Origin: an uncultured Chlamydiae bacterium
GTDB taxonomy: Bacteria > Chlamydiota > Chlamydiia > Chlamydiales > JAJFMA01
DNA: 64,000 bases
Assembly: GCA_963713615.1 (NCBI GenBank)
Contig: CAVQMM010000001.1
Location: forward strand, 3,456,001 to 3,520,000
Direction of reading: 5' to 3'
Part shown: piece after piece, positions 41,759 through 52,041 of the stretch
How positions within the stretch are numbered: the first letter of the stretch is position 1
Layout of the letters: each line of letters opens with the position of its first letter
Made by a program: the position numbers and the translations under genes
Notes under the pieces: generated by a model
The model's input: only the letters and a program-made list of their open reading frames with translations
Database searches by the model: none
What the model was told of the DNA's origin: nothing

Positions 41759-42139
41759 TTAGTTGCCTTGTTGCTCTTCTAGCAATGATAATCGCTTCTC
41801 TAGATCTTTAAGCTCTTGGAATCTCGCGACATGACCTAGAACGTCATTAGCAACCTGGCGTTGAAGCCCTGGGTTAGGTGTGTCCAACAGGTTCACCAGG
41901 GTTTCGATAGCCTTTGTTGTGCTCGCCTTGAGCGTTTCGACCGCATCATGCACTACCAGGTCGCGAATCCTTTGCAATTCTGCGCGGAAGATGGGTTTTT
42001 TTAACCAGGTGTAATAAGTATCCTTGGCTATTTTTGCTTGTCTACACGCCTCAATGTCACTTGATGGCCCGATAAGGTGCGGCAGGGCCTTTATCTGTCG
42101 GTCTGTTAGCCTAGCCTGGTCTGTTTTGGTCCGTTGCAT
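41759..42139 (-). CDS. HTH protein of phage TerS-like type
   Basis: LTDRQIKAL...EACRQAKIAKDTYYTWLK.P.F pattern. Confidence 0.6.
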   Translation of the reverse strand: MQRTKTDQARLTDRQIKALPHLIGPSSDIEACRQAKIAKDTYYTWLKKPIFRAELQRIRDLVVHDAVETLKASTTKAIETLVNLLDTPNPGLQRQVANDVLGHVARFQELKDLEKRLSLLEEQQGN

Positions 42140-42349
42140 GTACTAATCCTTATGCCCTGATTATACCACAGAAGTCTTTCATCTAAGCACCTAATCATGC
42201 GGATGCATTCTCAACCTTGTCTAGTCCATTTTTTCTGCATTCCGATTCTATAAGTAAATGATATCCAATATTTTCAGTTGAAATGGATACTGGACAAAAA
42301 GGTCCCTGTGGCCGATAATGGTACCCTTAATAACATTTTGGAGGGAAAA

Positions 42350-42790
42350 ATGCGAACCGTAGTGAAGAGTGTTGCCTTGGTATTGATGATCACGGGCTGT
42401 TTGTTGAGCGTTGGCCTACTAGCCTCTAAACAAGACTTTCTACGCCACCATCATGTTCAATCGTGCGGGGACTCTATTTTCCGCATTCGCAATAGCAAGC
42501 AACAGATTATTCTAGATAATAAGCTTAATTATTTATGCACTCTTCCTATTCAGGCAAAGATTGTGCGTATTAATTCTAGCGGACGTATTGCCGGAAATTA
42601 TGGAAACAGGGGTTTTGTATGGGATCCCTCTTTTGGGTTTCTAGACTTAGGAACTCTCGGAAATGGATATACTCGAGTGGTAGACATGAACGATTTTGGC
42701 GAAATCGTTGGGTATTCTGAGGAAGCTATGATCGTGCGCGGAGGGGTGCCAACGCATGTGCTTGAGGTGCACGCACCACTTCTCCTTTAG
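42350..42790 (+). CDS. Membrane-anchored protein with HAF-type extracellular repeat, probably truncated
   Basis: N-terminal TM; DLGTLG...DMNDFGEIVGYS. Confidence 0.6.
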   Translation: MRTVVKSVALVLMITGCLLSVGLLASKQDFLRHHHVQSCGDSIFRIRNSKQQIILDNKLNYLCTLPIQAKIVRINSSGRIAGNYGNRGFVWDPSFGFLDLGTLGNGYTRVVDMNDFGEIVGYSEEAMIVRGGVPTHVLEVHAPLLL

Positions 42791-43021
42791 CAAGCCAATC
42801 ATCTCCAGTCTTCGCCTGCTCAAGCCTGGCGCGTTGTAAGTCTCCAAAATCGCGTATCGTTTTGGGGTCATCAAAGCCATTTGACGCGTTCTGTAGCCTC
42901 TCTGTGCGTTTTTGCCATACCGGAAAATCTTTCCTGTATTCCATTCCTGCGAAAAACCTTTCGGTCCCTAAACCTGTCGCTGTCTTAGACGTCTAGATGT
43001 AAGACACGGTTTACACCTGAA

Positions 43022-43130
43022 GTACGTCCTTAAAAAACTATGGCGCTGGCGCGCCACAGTTTTTTAAGGACGTACTTTTTTTCCTTAGAAAGCTGCGGCG
43101 CGTCAGCGCCATAGCTTTTTAAGGACTTAC
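43022..43130. mobile_element. MITE family D (GTAC...TTAC ends, IS66-like)
   Basis: Long TIRs; 8-bp TSD CACCTGAA (43014-43021 / 43131-43138). Confidence 0.85.
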
Positions 43131-43220
43131 CACCTGAAGCGGAGCGTCGCGTCTACAAAAAATCGGGTTTGTAAAGTATAGGGCATTGTGTTATAGTTTG
43201 GTTAGAAGTCGGAGGGGATT

Positions 43221-43604
43221 TTGCGGGTTTTCAAAACGAAAGTATTTTCCAAGTTTGCAAAGAAGGAACAGATAAGTGATACCGCATTACTTGAAGCTGT
43301 TGAAAGAGCAGAGAACGGTCTAATCGATGCTGATTTGGGAGGTCACATTATTAAGCAGAGGATCAGAAGAGAGGGACAGGGGCGATCGAGTGGATATCGA
43401 GTGTTAATCGCTGTTCGATTGAAACGAAGATATGTATTTATAACTGGTTTTGCGAAAAATGAGAAAGATAACCTTAGCGATGATGAATTAGAAACGGCGA
43501 AGGATATCGCCTCTGGTTGGCTTAATGCAGATGCGAATCAAATTAAATTTTCTCTTATAGAAGGTGAATTAAAGGAGATAAAACATGAAAAAAAAACCAA
43601 ATAG
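43221..43604 (+). CDS. RelE-like toxin
   Basis: DADLGGHIIKQRI...GRSSGYR...FAKNEKDN. Confidence 0.88.
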   Translation: MRVFKTKVFSKFAKKEQISDTALLEAVERAENGLIDADLGGHIIKQRIRREGQGRSSGYRVLIAVRLKRRYVFITGFAKNEKDNLSDDELETAKDIASGWLNADANQIKFSLIEGELKEIKHEKKTK

Positions 43605-43917
43605 GATAACAAAAGAACTTTTAGAAACGGCTAAAGGCATGCACAAAGTTGGTGTTCTTGACGATAAGACTTATGCAAAAATTACCAAGCGTCATCTAGG
43701 CAAAGAAAAACTTCTCGAAATGGAACCCATCACAAGCGATGAAATCCGCTCCATAAGAGAACGGGAACATATAAGCCAAGCCGTTTTTGCAAATTATCTG
43801 AATTTAACAGTGGGTTATATTTCACAATTAGAAAGAGGGATGAGACAACCATCTGGAGCTGTTCTCGCATTGCTTAATATAGTTCGTCATAAAGGGTTGA
43901 ACGCAATTTTATATTAG
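43585..43917 (+). CDS. XRE-HTH antitoxin
   Basis: SQAVFANYLN...SQLERG.RQPSG. Confidence 0.88.
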   Translation: MKKKPNRITKELLETAKGMHKVGVLDDKTYAKITKRHLGKEKLLEMEPITSDEIRSIREREHISQAVFANYLNLTVGYISQLERGMRQPSGAVLALLNIVRHKGLNAILY

Positions 43918-43928
43918 ATGTTTATAGC

Positions 43929-44038
43929 GTACGTCCTTAAAAAACTATGGCGCTGGCGCGCCACAGCTTTTCAAGGACGTACGTTTTTTTCCTTAGAAAG
44001 CTGCGGCGCGTCAGCGCCATAGCTTTTTAAGGACTTAC
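43929..44038. mobile_element. MITE family D, second copy, no TSD
   Basis: Near-identical direct repeat of 43022-43130. Confidence 0.85.
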
Positions 44039-44180
44039 GCCTGGCAAGAAATTGCTCAAGTAAAAAGCCGAACTCGAGAAATTGAAAAACCTTTGGTCTT
44101 TACAATTAAATTGTTTAAAAATGGGTTGAAAACACTCGTTAACGAGGTGATACTGTTTATTTCTCATGGTTGCCAATCTG

Positions 44181-44340
44181 GGCCTTATTCACCTTTGCGG
44201 TCAGTTTTCGGTCGACTGCAAAAGGATCGTCTGTCGCGTTTTGCTCCTCGGACATAGCTGGCGCTATGCCCTCGTCACAAACCACGACATCCGACCTTTT
44301 TCGTCCGACCGAAATTCTGACCGTAAAGGTGAACAAGGCC
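44181..44340 (+). mobile_element. MITE family A
   Basis: 8-bp TSD CCAATCTG. Confidence 0.92.
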
Positions 44341-44523
44341 CCAATCTGCATGAGTGACCGTTGAGGAGAAGTTCCCTGAAACTTATTCTAGAAAGCTGAT
44401 CGAAGTCCTATTACCTTTGAAATATCCACGGTCCACACATCAGCTAAGCTACCAATTCGTAGTTGATGCAGGTTGATCTTTGATGCGTCATAATATTGAA
44501 ACTAGCATGCTTTGCGTTATCGT

Positions 44524-44820
44524 TCATTGCTGAGCTGGCTGTATTGTCAAAACTAACCCGCATGCGCCTAAGACAGATCGCAGGCTGGACAGGCGTGGAT
44601 TACCGCGCATTGAGAGCGTTTTGTAGAGGCTTTCGCGATTGAGATCGGTTTCCTTCGCGAGGTGACTCATACCACCTTGAGCTTCAGTGATGTCTCGCAG
44701 TGCGAGGAGGAATACATGGAGATCTTCGTCCTCTAGCGCAGCGTTTAGATAGGCCGCAGCAGCACCAGGCTCTTGTAGTCGCTCATGAAGATGCTCTTTG
44801 TAACTTCGACTTCTTGCCAT
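44524..44820 (-). CDS. Addiction-module antidote protein (HTH)
   Basis: AYLNAALE...GGMSHLAKETDLNRESLYKTLS..GNP. Confidence 0.9.
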   Translation of the reverse strand: MARSRSYKEHLHERLQEPGAAAAYLNAALEDEDLHVFLLALRDITEAQGGMSHLAKETDLNRESLYKTLSMRGNPRLSSLRSVLGACGLVLTIQPAQQ

Positions 44821-44821
44821 A

Positions 44822-45160
44822 TTAATCCTCACTAGCTCGAGATTGATAATCCTGCCAGTATTTGCTGGCCTTCTTGATGTCTCCGCTTTGGCTACGCTTG
44901 TTGCCGCCACACAAGAGAATCACAAGTTTGCGACCTTGCTTGCCAAAATAAATACGGTAGCCTGGTCCATTGTGGATTCGTAGTTCAAATACCTTAGCAC
45001 CATCTACAGGTTTACAGTCGCCAAAGTTTCCCAACCGCAGTCGGCCCACCCGTGTCCAGATCATTCCCTGTAAGGTTGGATCTAGGCCCTGTTCCCACTC
45101 TGCAAAGGGTTGCTGTCCGTTTGCGGTTTCGTAGATTTGAATTTCGATCGCATCTCGCAT
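44822..45160 (-). CDS. Addiction-module killer protein (RelE/ParE superfamily)
   Basis: GNFGDCK, ELRIHNGPGYRIYF, LLCGGNKRSQ..DI. Confidence 0.92.
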   Translation of the reverse strand: MRDAIEIQIYETANGQQPFAEWEQGLDPTLQGMIWTRVGRLRLGNFGDCKPVDGAKVFELRIHNGPGYRIYFGKQGRKLVILLCGGNKRSQSGDIKKASKYWQDYQSRASED

Positions 45161-45357
45161 ATCCTTATTGTAGCAAATAGACTACATTACTGCAAAGAGC
45201 AAATGTTGAACGTTCATCTGTGGGTCAATTCTGGGTCGGTACATCGCATAATTTGCCATAATCTGGCGTAAGAAATGCACATGGTTCAAATAAATTATAG
45301 TGTATAGATTGCTATGTGGCATTAGGTGGTGTTATGGGACGTTACGTCCATGGCTGC

Positions 45358-45413
45358 GACTTAAAATCCCTCGGGCGCAAGCCTATGCCGGTTCGAGTCC
45401 GGCTCCGAGCATT
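45358..45413 (+). repeat. att copy 3 (3' part of tRNA-Leu)
   Basis: 56 bp identical to 10857-10912. Confidence 0.95.
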
Positions 45414-45892
45414 CTTAGGTTATCGTTCATTGCGGAGTCCACGTTAGATGCATAGCATCATCATTGGGACGCTTAGCGAGTCCGGGGCCTTGTGCCCAGA
45501 ACGATAACCCAACTTTTTTTTATCCCACATCTCATCTCCTGCATCTATGTCGGATAGTTAAACTGCCGGTGGGCTGTCAACACGCTTTCTAAGTGTCATA
45601 GTGTCAGCTTTACCTCCCTGCTGACCCCTACCAAGTAACAAATTTTTAAAAACTGCTCATCACATCTTCATCTATGTATGTAATAATTTGCACTATTAGA
45701 AAACTGTACTTCTGCTGTGAGGGATTTCTTTTATGACGTTGGAATAAATGTAGTCAAAACTACATGGTCCTATGTTATATATTGGGCAGTCTAAAAAAAA
45801 CTATCTTGTGAGGTAATTGTGTACACTTTAAGTTTGCTTCTCGCTGCCACTATGATGTTCGGGTCATCGAATACGCCGTCTGACGCGTCTGG

Positions 45893-46090
45893 CCCTTCGT
45901 GGCCTCTACAACCAACTCCTCATATAGATCCTCCGAAAAGGTCGTTTGAATACCATTCAGTTCAAAAAATAGAATCGCCGTTAAGGCTCCTGTTCTCTTG
46001 TTACCATCGTTAAAGGGATGGTTCTGAACCAGATGAAAGAGATAGGCAACCGCTTTGTCATAGATGATTCTATGTAGCGGTGCACTAAAC
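45893..46090 (-). pseudogene. Internal fragment of Doc toxin
   Basis: YDKAVAYLFHLVQNHPFNDGNKRTG...ELVVE, near-identical to 34010-34432. Confidence 0.8.
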
Positions 46091-46231
46091 GAGTTCGTGG
46101 ACGATGACGTAGTCGATGACAAACATGGGCGCCTTAATGAGACGCCAGTTTACAAACACCATTTATGCATGCGCTTTATGGCAGCCCTACAGGCTGCTAA
46201 AACCGTTTTGGCATATACCATGGCGATGCCA

Positions 46232-46540
46232 CATAGGCCTCAACCTAAGCCTAACAATCGTATCTCGGCGCGCAGCGCTTTGGAGTGCGGTCGCTTGCGA
46301 CCGCTTTGGGTTCCTTGCGACGGTCGTGTGCAACGGCATCACTATAATTCCCTAAGGGTAAAATAGTTAGTACATGCAGCCTTCGACGAATCCATACAAT
46401 GCCGTTTAGCATTGCCGTCCCAAGGAACGAAAAGCGGTCGCAAGCGACCGCACTCCAAAGCGCTGCGCGCCGAGATACGATTGTGAAGTCCTAAGTCATT
46501 GAGATATAAGCTCAAAAGACCTGTTAGGTTGAGGCCTATG
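46232..46540. mobile_element. MITE family C (309 bp, CAT...ATG ends) nested in family B
   Basis: 17-bp TIR cataggcctcaacctaa; 11-bp TSD TGGCGATGCCA; internal REP-like doublet. Confidence 0.88.
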
Positions 46541-46696
46541 TGGCGATGCCATGGCCTGTTGCAATATCGACCCTTCGGGCCTGGGAAGGGAATGACTCTC
46601 TCTTCATCGGCATCCGATTTTCAGGAAATTGACTTCGGAGAATCGGACTTCTGCAATTACCTCTCAAGGTCCTCATGAGGTAATTGTCCTTTTGTC

Positions 46697-46856
46697 GGCC
46701 TTATTCACCTTTGCGGTCAGTTTTCGGTCGACTGCAAAAGGATCGTCTGTCGCGTTTTGCTCCTCGGACATAGCTGGCGCTATGCCCTCGTCACAAACCA
46801 CGACATCCGACCTTTTTCGTCCGACCGAAATTCTGACCGTAAAGGTGAACAAGGCC
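46697..46856 (+). mobile_element. MITE family A
   Basis: 8-bp TSD CTTTTGTC. Confidence 0.92.
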
Positions 46857-47154
46857 CTTTTGTCTGGAGTCTATGTATCTAGGAGGTGACTTTTTTTGGG
46901 GTGATGTGGTAAAAATCTTTCTTCACATTGTTAAAGTAACATTAAAGGGGGTTGGTCGCTTATGGCCAATCGGACAACAATTTCTAAACGTATTCTAGAA
47001 GTCTCTGACGATCTTTTATATATCATTGGTTATGTTAGTCACATAGATCTGAAAAACAAGATTACGAACAAATAAAGTAGTTGTGTATGGCGAAGTCGAA
47101 AAAATCTCTTTCAAACATCATTACAAGATCTAAGTCACCAAACTTGTTAATCCT

Positions 47155-47580
47155 ATGATGGGCGTTGCTGCCCTTGAAGATATTCTTAAAGGCGCTTCTT
47201 CTGAAGTAGCTTCCAAAATACGATTGTCACAGCATCTGATCGATTGGACCTCACGTTTACAGTATTTTCGAGACCGAGAAAATGATCGTAAACAGTTTAT
47301 GGCAGATGTTGAGGCTGGAAAGCGCTCTCTTCAAATGCTCTCCTGTAACCTTCTCAGCTATCAACAAGAAGGCATGCTTCATCTGGCCTTTCAAGGACGT
47401 GCCATTTTAGCCGATGAAATGGGGCTTGGAAAGACCATCCAGGCGATTGCTCTAAAGCACTACACATTCGCGAGCCGTTTGAGGATGAGCAAAATGCCGA
47501 AGTTCTACTGGCTCTTATCATGTCCTGGATGGAAGATCTTTCCACAACCCTCGCTGAGCTCCGACTGGGAGTGGTTATGA
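47155..47580 (+). pseudogene. SNF2-family helicase fragment
   Basis: LLSYQQEG...ILADEMGLGKTIQAI only. Confidence 0.75.
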
Positions 47581-47619
47581 TGGCGTAGTGCCAAAGGCTA
47601 AATTCTAGGGAGAAAAACC

Positions 47620-48165
47620 ATGGTTTTGATGACTAAAGTTGTTCTGTACATAGCGACGAGCAAGGATGGCTATATCGCCGATGAAAATGGAAGTGTGGAT
47701 TGGTTGCCGCAGACGCTAGAGGAAACGGGTGGGCAGGACTATGGCTATCAGGAATTTTACGATTCAGTCGATGTTCTTGCAATCGGAAGAAAAACCTACG
47801 AGCAGGTATTAGGATTTGGCGATTGGCCATACGCAGGAAAGCTCTCGTATGTCTTCACACACAAGCCTATGGAATCACCAAACAAAGAGATCGAGTTTGT
47901 CTCGGGTGATATCCAACAATTTATTCGCGAATTAGAAAATCGACGATTAAAGAAACTCTGGATAGTAGGAGGGGCTGAACTTATCGATGCTTTCCATGTC
48001 CAAGGGCGAATCGATGAGTTCATCGTGACGGTTTTTCCAGCTGTTCTTAAGAGTGGAATTCCATTACGGACCGTTAAGGATGGCCTAGAAGGAGATGAAT
48101 TGATTAAGCTGCATTCAACTGTTTTTGGCGGTGAAGTCTTCCAGAATCACTATAAAAAAAAATAG
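47620..48165 (+). CDS. Dihydrofolate reductase/RibD C-terminal family protein
   Basis: YIATSKDGYIA, GRKTYEQ, WIVGG, IDEFIVTVFP. Confidence 0.9.
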   Translation: MVLMTKVVLYIATSKDGYIADENGSVDWLPQTLEETGGQDYGYQEFYDSVDVLAIGRKTYEQVLGFGDWPYAGKLSYVFTHKPMESPNKEIEFVSGDIQQFIRELENRRLKKLWIVGGAELIDAFHVQGRIDEFIVTVFPAVLKSGIPLRTVKDGLEGDELIKLHSTVFGGEVFQNHYKKK

Positions 48166-48342
48166 CGTGTTAAGGGTTCAGTAGAAGAAGGTGGGAGTGA
48201 TCCTGCTTATCATGCCGCGAAGCGATCCTGCATATCCTGTTAAGGTCCATTTTAGACGTATCTACAACATTTTTTAGCTTTTAACAAGCCACTATTTAAT
48301 GGGATGTAAAAGCTGTTTTTTTGTTAGGTCGATGGGTAGAAT

Positions 48343-49401
48343 TCACTTGCAGTCCTCGACCAGTGAGCTAACGGAAACGCCCAAGAGACGAAGTGGACGA
48401 GTATGAGCTTCCGTTTTATCCAGAAGCCTGGAGGCTACCGCAAATAGCTGTTCGACGCTGCCGATGGGCACACCTAAGCTTAAACTACGAGTTTTCGTTG
48501 TGAAGTCAGTGTAGCGCACTTTTAACGTAATTGTGCGGCCGCGGCGCTGGTGTTTTTCAAGAGTTTTTGCCAGATCTAAACAAATGTTTTCTAGCTCCGA
48601 CATCAGCAGATTTGCTTCAGAGATGTCGCGAGAGAAGGTTGTTTCTTTGCCGATGGATTTGCGAACGCGAGAGGGATTTACCAGGCGATCATCTTGGCAG
48701 ATGGCAAGTTTATAGAAAAATTCGCCCATTTTGCCAAAATGTTCCCGTAGACGGTCTTGGCCAAATCTTTTTAGATCAGCGCCAGTGAGGATTCCGAGAG
48801 CTAGAAACTTTCTGGCTGTTGCTTTGCCAACGCCATAGAATTTCTGAATAGGAAGTTGTTCTACAAAGGCAATCGCATGCTCAGGAATGATGACAGTCAG
48901 GCCATCGGGTTTTCTCCAGCCTGAGGCGAGCTTTGCTAGAAACTTATTGAAAGAAACTCCTGCACTGGCTCGTAGGCCTGTTTCGGTAAAAATCTGCTCT
49001 TTAATGCACTGCGCGAGCCGGGTAGCTGATGGCTGCCCCTTCTTATTGGTGGTCACATCCAAGTAAGCTTCATCGAGTGCTAGAGGCTCCATGAGGTCGG
49101 TATACTGCCGAAAAATGTCGTGGAGTTGCTGAGAGATGGACTTGTAGACATCGAACCGTGGGGCGATGAAAATGGCTTGTGGGCATAGTCTAAAGGCTCG
49201 ATGACATGACAGGGCAGAGTGAATTCCAAACTGACGCGCTTCATACGATGCTGTGCATACAACTCCACGCGAATAGGGCGTGCCCCCAACAACAATAGGT
49301 TTACCTCGCAGCTCAGGACGATCTCGCTGTTCAATGGAAGCATAGAAAGCGTCCATGTCGACATGAATGATTTTTCGGATGTTTTGAATGATCATGACCA
49401 T
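48343..49401 (-). CDS. dinB: DNA polymerase IV
   Basis: HVDMDAFYAS, SYEAR, LDEAYLD, KFLAKLAS..KPDG. Confidence 0.95.
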   Translation of the reverse strand: MVMIIQNIRKIIHVDMDAFYASIEQRDRPELRGKPIVVGGTPYSRGVVCTASYEARQFGIHSALSCHRAFRLCPQAIFIAPRFDVYKSISQQLHDIFRQYTDLMEPLALDEAYLDVTTNKKGQPSATRLAQCIKEQIFTETGLRASAGVSFNKFLAKLASGWRKPDGLTVIIPEHAIAFVEQLPIQKFYGVGKATARKFLALGILTGADLKRFGQDRLREHFGKMGEFFYKLAICQDDRLVNPSRVRKSIGKETTFSRDISEANLLMSELENICLDLAKTLEKHQRRGRTITLKVRYTDFTTKTRSLSLGVPIGSVEQLFAVASRLLDKTEAHTRPLRLLGVSVSSLVEDCK

Positions 49402-49489
49402 ACGATAACTAATAGTGCTTTAATGATGAAAAAATTCCTCTTGTCAACAGGCCGATTTTCTGACATCTTTAAGGTCCCTATATACCGAC

Positions 49490-49891
49490 TTGAGTGTGAT
49501 GATGCAAAAGAATATCTGTCCGTTAAAGCAGGTGGAAGAACAAGAAATTGAAGCTCGTAAGTTTGGGTTCTATTGGGAGCACATTGACCAACTGATCGAG
49601 CAGGTCCGTAGCGAGTGCTTAGAAGTTCAAGATGCCTGGCAAAAAAATGACCGTTCCCATTTACAAGAAGAGGTGGGAGATCTTATCCAAGCTACTGTGA
49701 GTCTGGCTGTATTTTGTGGTTTTGACCCTCGTGAAACTCTGCTGAAGAGTGTTGAAAAATTTCAAAAGAGATACGACACCTGTGTCAAACTGGTACACGA
49801 TGATGGGTATGCCGACCTGCGTGACCAACCGTTTAACGATGTGCTGCTAAGCTACTGGAAAAGAGCCAAACAACATCAAGCTGAGCTATGA
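49490..49891 (+). CDS. MazG-like nucleotide pyrophosphohydrolase (single domain)
   Basis: FGFYW, SECLEV, QEEVGDL, KFQKR. Confidence 0.82.
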   Translation: MSVMMQKNICPLKQVEEQEIEARKFGFYWEHIDQLIEQVRSECLEVQDAWQKNDRSHLQEEVGDLIQATVSLAVFCGFDPRETLLKSVEKFQKRYDTCVKLVHDDGYADLRDQPFNDVLLSYWKRAKQHQAEL

Positions 49892-50000
49892 GGTTGATAG
49901 AAAATATCCCCTTAGGAAAAAAAGTCTAACTACAGCCGTCGCGTTGCTTTAGGATTATACATCAGGCCGATTTCAGATGATTAAATAAGATGCTTTAGTT

Positions 50001-50948
50001 GTGAAAAAATTTAATGAAATCGTGATTTTGTTATTCGGTTTGTTTTCAGGTTTAATAATGTGCGTCGATTTTTTTTGTATAGCATGTCATGCTATGGAGG
50101 ATTCATCCGCCGAAAGGGGAGTCGAGGCACTCATTGGTGAACGGTTTGGAAAAGAAGCTGCGAATTATACAGCAGGCCGACGAGGTTATGGAGAAGCCTT
50201 ATATACCTATTTAAGGCAAAAGATGCGCTCTGATGTGACTATTTTGGATGTTGGTTGTGGTACTGGAATTGCTACACGAGAACTGTACGAGCACGGCTTT
50301 CATGCCATTCAGGGGTGTGATATAGATCCGCTTATGATTCTCGAGGCTGATCGTCGAAGCAAACAATTAAATCTCCCCATTCCTTATAAATGTGCCGCTG
50401 TGGTAGATCTCTCGACAGTATTTCCTGATGAACAATTCGATGTTATTACAGCATTTACGTGTTTTCATTGGTTCTGTAATCAAGAGTCTATCGAAGTCAT
50501 CTTCCGCAAACTCAATCCGTATGGTGCTTTTGTCGTCGTGTCAGTCGCTAGAGCAAATCTCGACGAGGCTATTCTGAAGGAATTCTGGGCTATCATCGAG
50601 CAAGTCTCGGGCAAGCCTGTATTGGATCCTAGACATGCCTATAACCCCGAAGAAGCGCTAAAAAATTATGGTTGCTCGGTAGAGGTGCATACTTGGACTC
50701 ACGATGAGTACTACACATTTGAAGAAGTCATGGCTAAACTGCAGACTTTTAGTGGTTGGTGTGCCTTAACAAGTGAGGAAAAGCAGAGGGGTTTGCCTCT
50801 TCTAGAAAAGTTTGTTAGCAGTCGGGCTGAGATACTGATGCATAGAATGGTCGAGGTGACCTGTTTGGTTGCTGCGTTACCGATTTATACCATTAGGGTT
50901 GAATCATTTAACGCTTCACATAGTAGAGAAGAAAAACAAAAAATTTAA
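50001..50948 (+). CDS. Class I SAM-dependent methyltransferase
   Basis: ILDVGCGTG, FDVITAFTCFHWF. Confidence 0.88.
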   Translation: MKKFNEIVILLFGLFSGLIMCVDFFCIACHAMEDSSAERGVEALIGERFGKEAANYTAGRRGYGEALYTYLRQKMRSDVTILDVGCGTGIATRELYEHGFHAIQGCDIDPLMILEADRRSKQLNLPIPYKCAAVVDLSTVFPDEQFDVITAFTCFHWFCNQESIEVIFRKLNPYGAFVVVSVARANLDEAILKEFWAIIEQVSGKPVLDPRHAYNPEEALKNYGCSVEVHTWTHDEYYTFEEVMAKLQTFSGWCALTSEEKQRGLPLLEKFVSSRAEILMHRMVEVTCLVAALPIYTIRVESFNASHSREEKQKI

Positions 50949-51096
50949 ACAGATCTCCCGTTCCTTCAACGCTGCTTCCTCTGTGTCTCCGCGTTAAATT
51001 TCCTAGGTTAATTGCACCTTTAGATGCAATGTGCCCCAAATTCTTCCCAAGAACCGAAATCAGCTAAGTTACCATTCATAGTTGTTTTGACCTAAA

Positions 51097-51848
51097 GAGG
51101 TAATTGCAAAATTATTTGAGCCCTTGAGAATCGATTCTCGGGAAAAAAGGTTACCTTTTTTTGTGAGAAGGCGATTCTAGAGAGCTTAAGTGGTATGGCA
51201 CTATCCAGTCTGGAAAGACAGGCTTTTCTCCCTTCCCAGGCCCGAAGGGTCGATATTGCAACAGGCCATGGCATCGCCATGGTATATGCCAGGAAGGGAT
51301 TTCGCAGTCTGAAGGACTGCTACAAGACGCCAGTTTACAAACACCATTTATGCATGCGCTTTATGGCAGCCCTACAGGCTGCTAAAACCGTTTTGGCATA
51401 TACCATGGCGATGCCACATAGGCCTCAACCTAACAGGTCTTTTGAGCTTATATCTCAATGACTTAGGACTTCACAATCGTATCTCGGCGCGCAGCGCTTT
51501 GGAGTGCGGTCGCTTGCGACCGCTTTTCGTTCCTTGGGACGGCAATGCTAAACGGCATTGTATGGATTCGTCGAAGGCTGCATGTACTAACTATTTTACC
51601 CTTAGGGAATTATAGTAATGCCGTTGCACACGACCGTCGCAAGGAACCCAAAGCGGTCGCAAGCGACCGCACTCCAAAGCGCTGCGCGCCGAGATACGAT
51701 TGTTAGGCTTAGGTTGAGGCCTATGTGGCGATGCCATGGCCTGTTGCAATATCGACCCTTCGGGCCTGGGAAGGGAATGACTCTCTCTTCATCGGCATCC
51801 GATTTTCAGGAAATTGACTTCGGAGAATCGGACTTCTGCAATTACCTC
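51097..51848. mobile_element. MITE family B (GAGGTAATTGCA ends) carrying nested family C (51417-51725)
   Basis: Same as the empty 432-bp copy at 54306-54737 plus a 309-bp insert and an 11-bp TSD. Confidence 0.88.
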
Positions 51849-51881
51849 TCAAGGTCCTCATGAGGTAATTGTCCTTTTGTC

Positions 51882-52041
51882 GGCCTTATTCACCTTTGCG
51901 GTCAGTTTTCGGTCGACTGCAAAAGGATCGTCTGTCGCGTTTTGCTCCTCGGACATAGCTGGCGCTATGCCCTCGTCACAAACCACGACATCCGACCTTT
52001 TTCGTCCGACCGAAATTCTGACCGTAAAGGTGAACAAGGCC
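51882..52041 (+). mobile_element. MITE family A within the duplication
   Basis: 8-bp TSD CTTTTGTC, same as the 46697 copy. Confidence 0.92.

Larger units (their letters stand above)
46140..47598 (+). repeat. About 1.46-kb direct duplication, copy 1
   Basis: Matches 51325-52783 (offset 5185) apart from a few substitutions and an inverted internal 309 bp. Confidence 0.9.

Noticed and set aside
37661..45160. Integron cassette array of TA modules
   Set aside because: No IntI-type integrase or consistent attC sites; the repeats carry transposon-type TSDs
27471..45413. Additional tRNA-Leu genes
   Set aside because: The copies lack the 5' acceptor strand and D-arm; they are att duplications
45819..46013. 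Small exported protein MYTLSLLLAAT
   Set aside because: Most of the frame is antisense to a doc remnant; at best a truncated fragment
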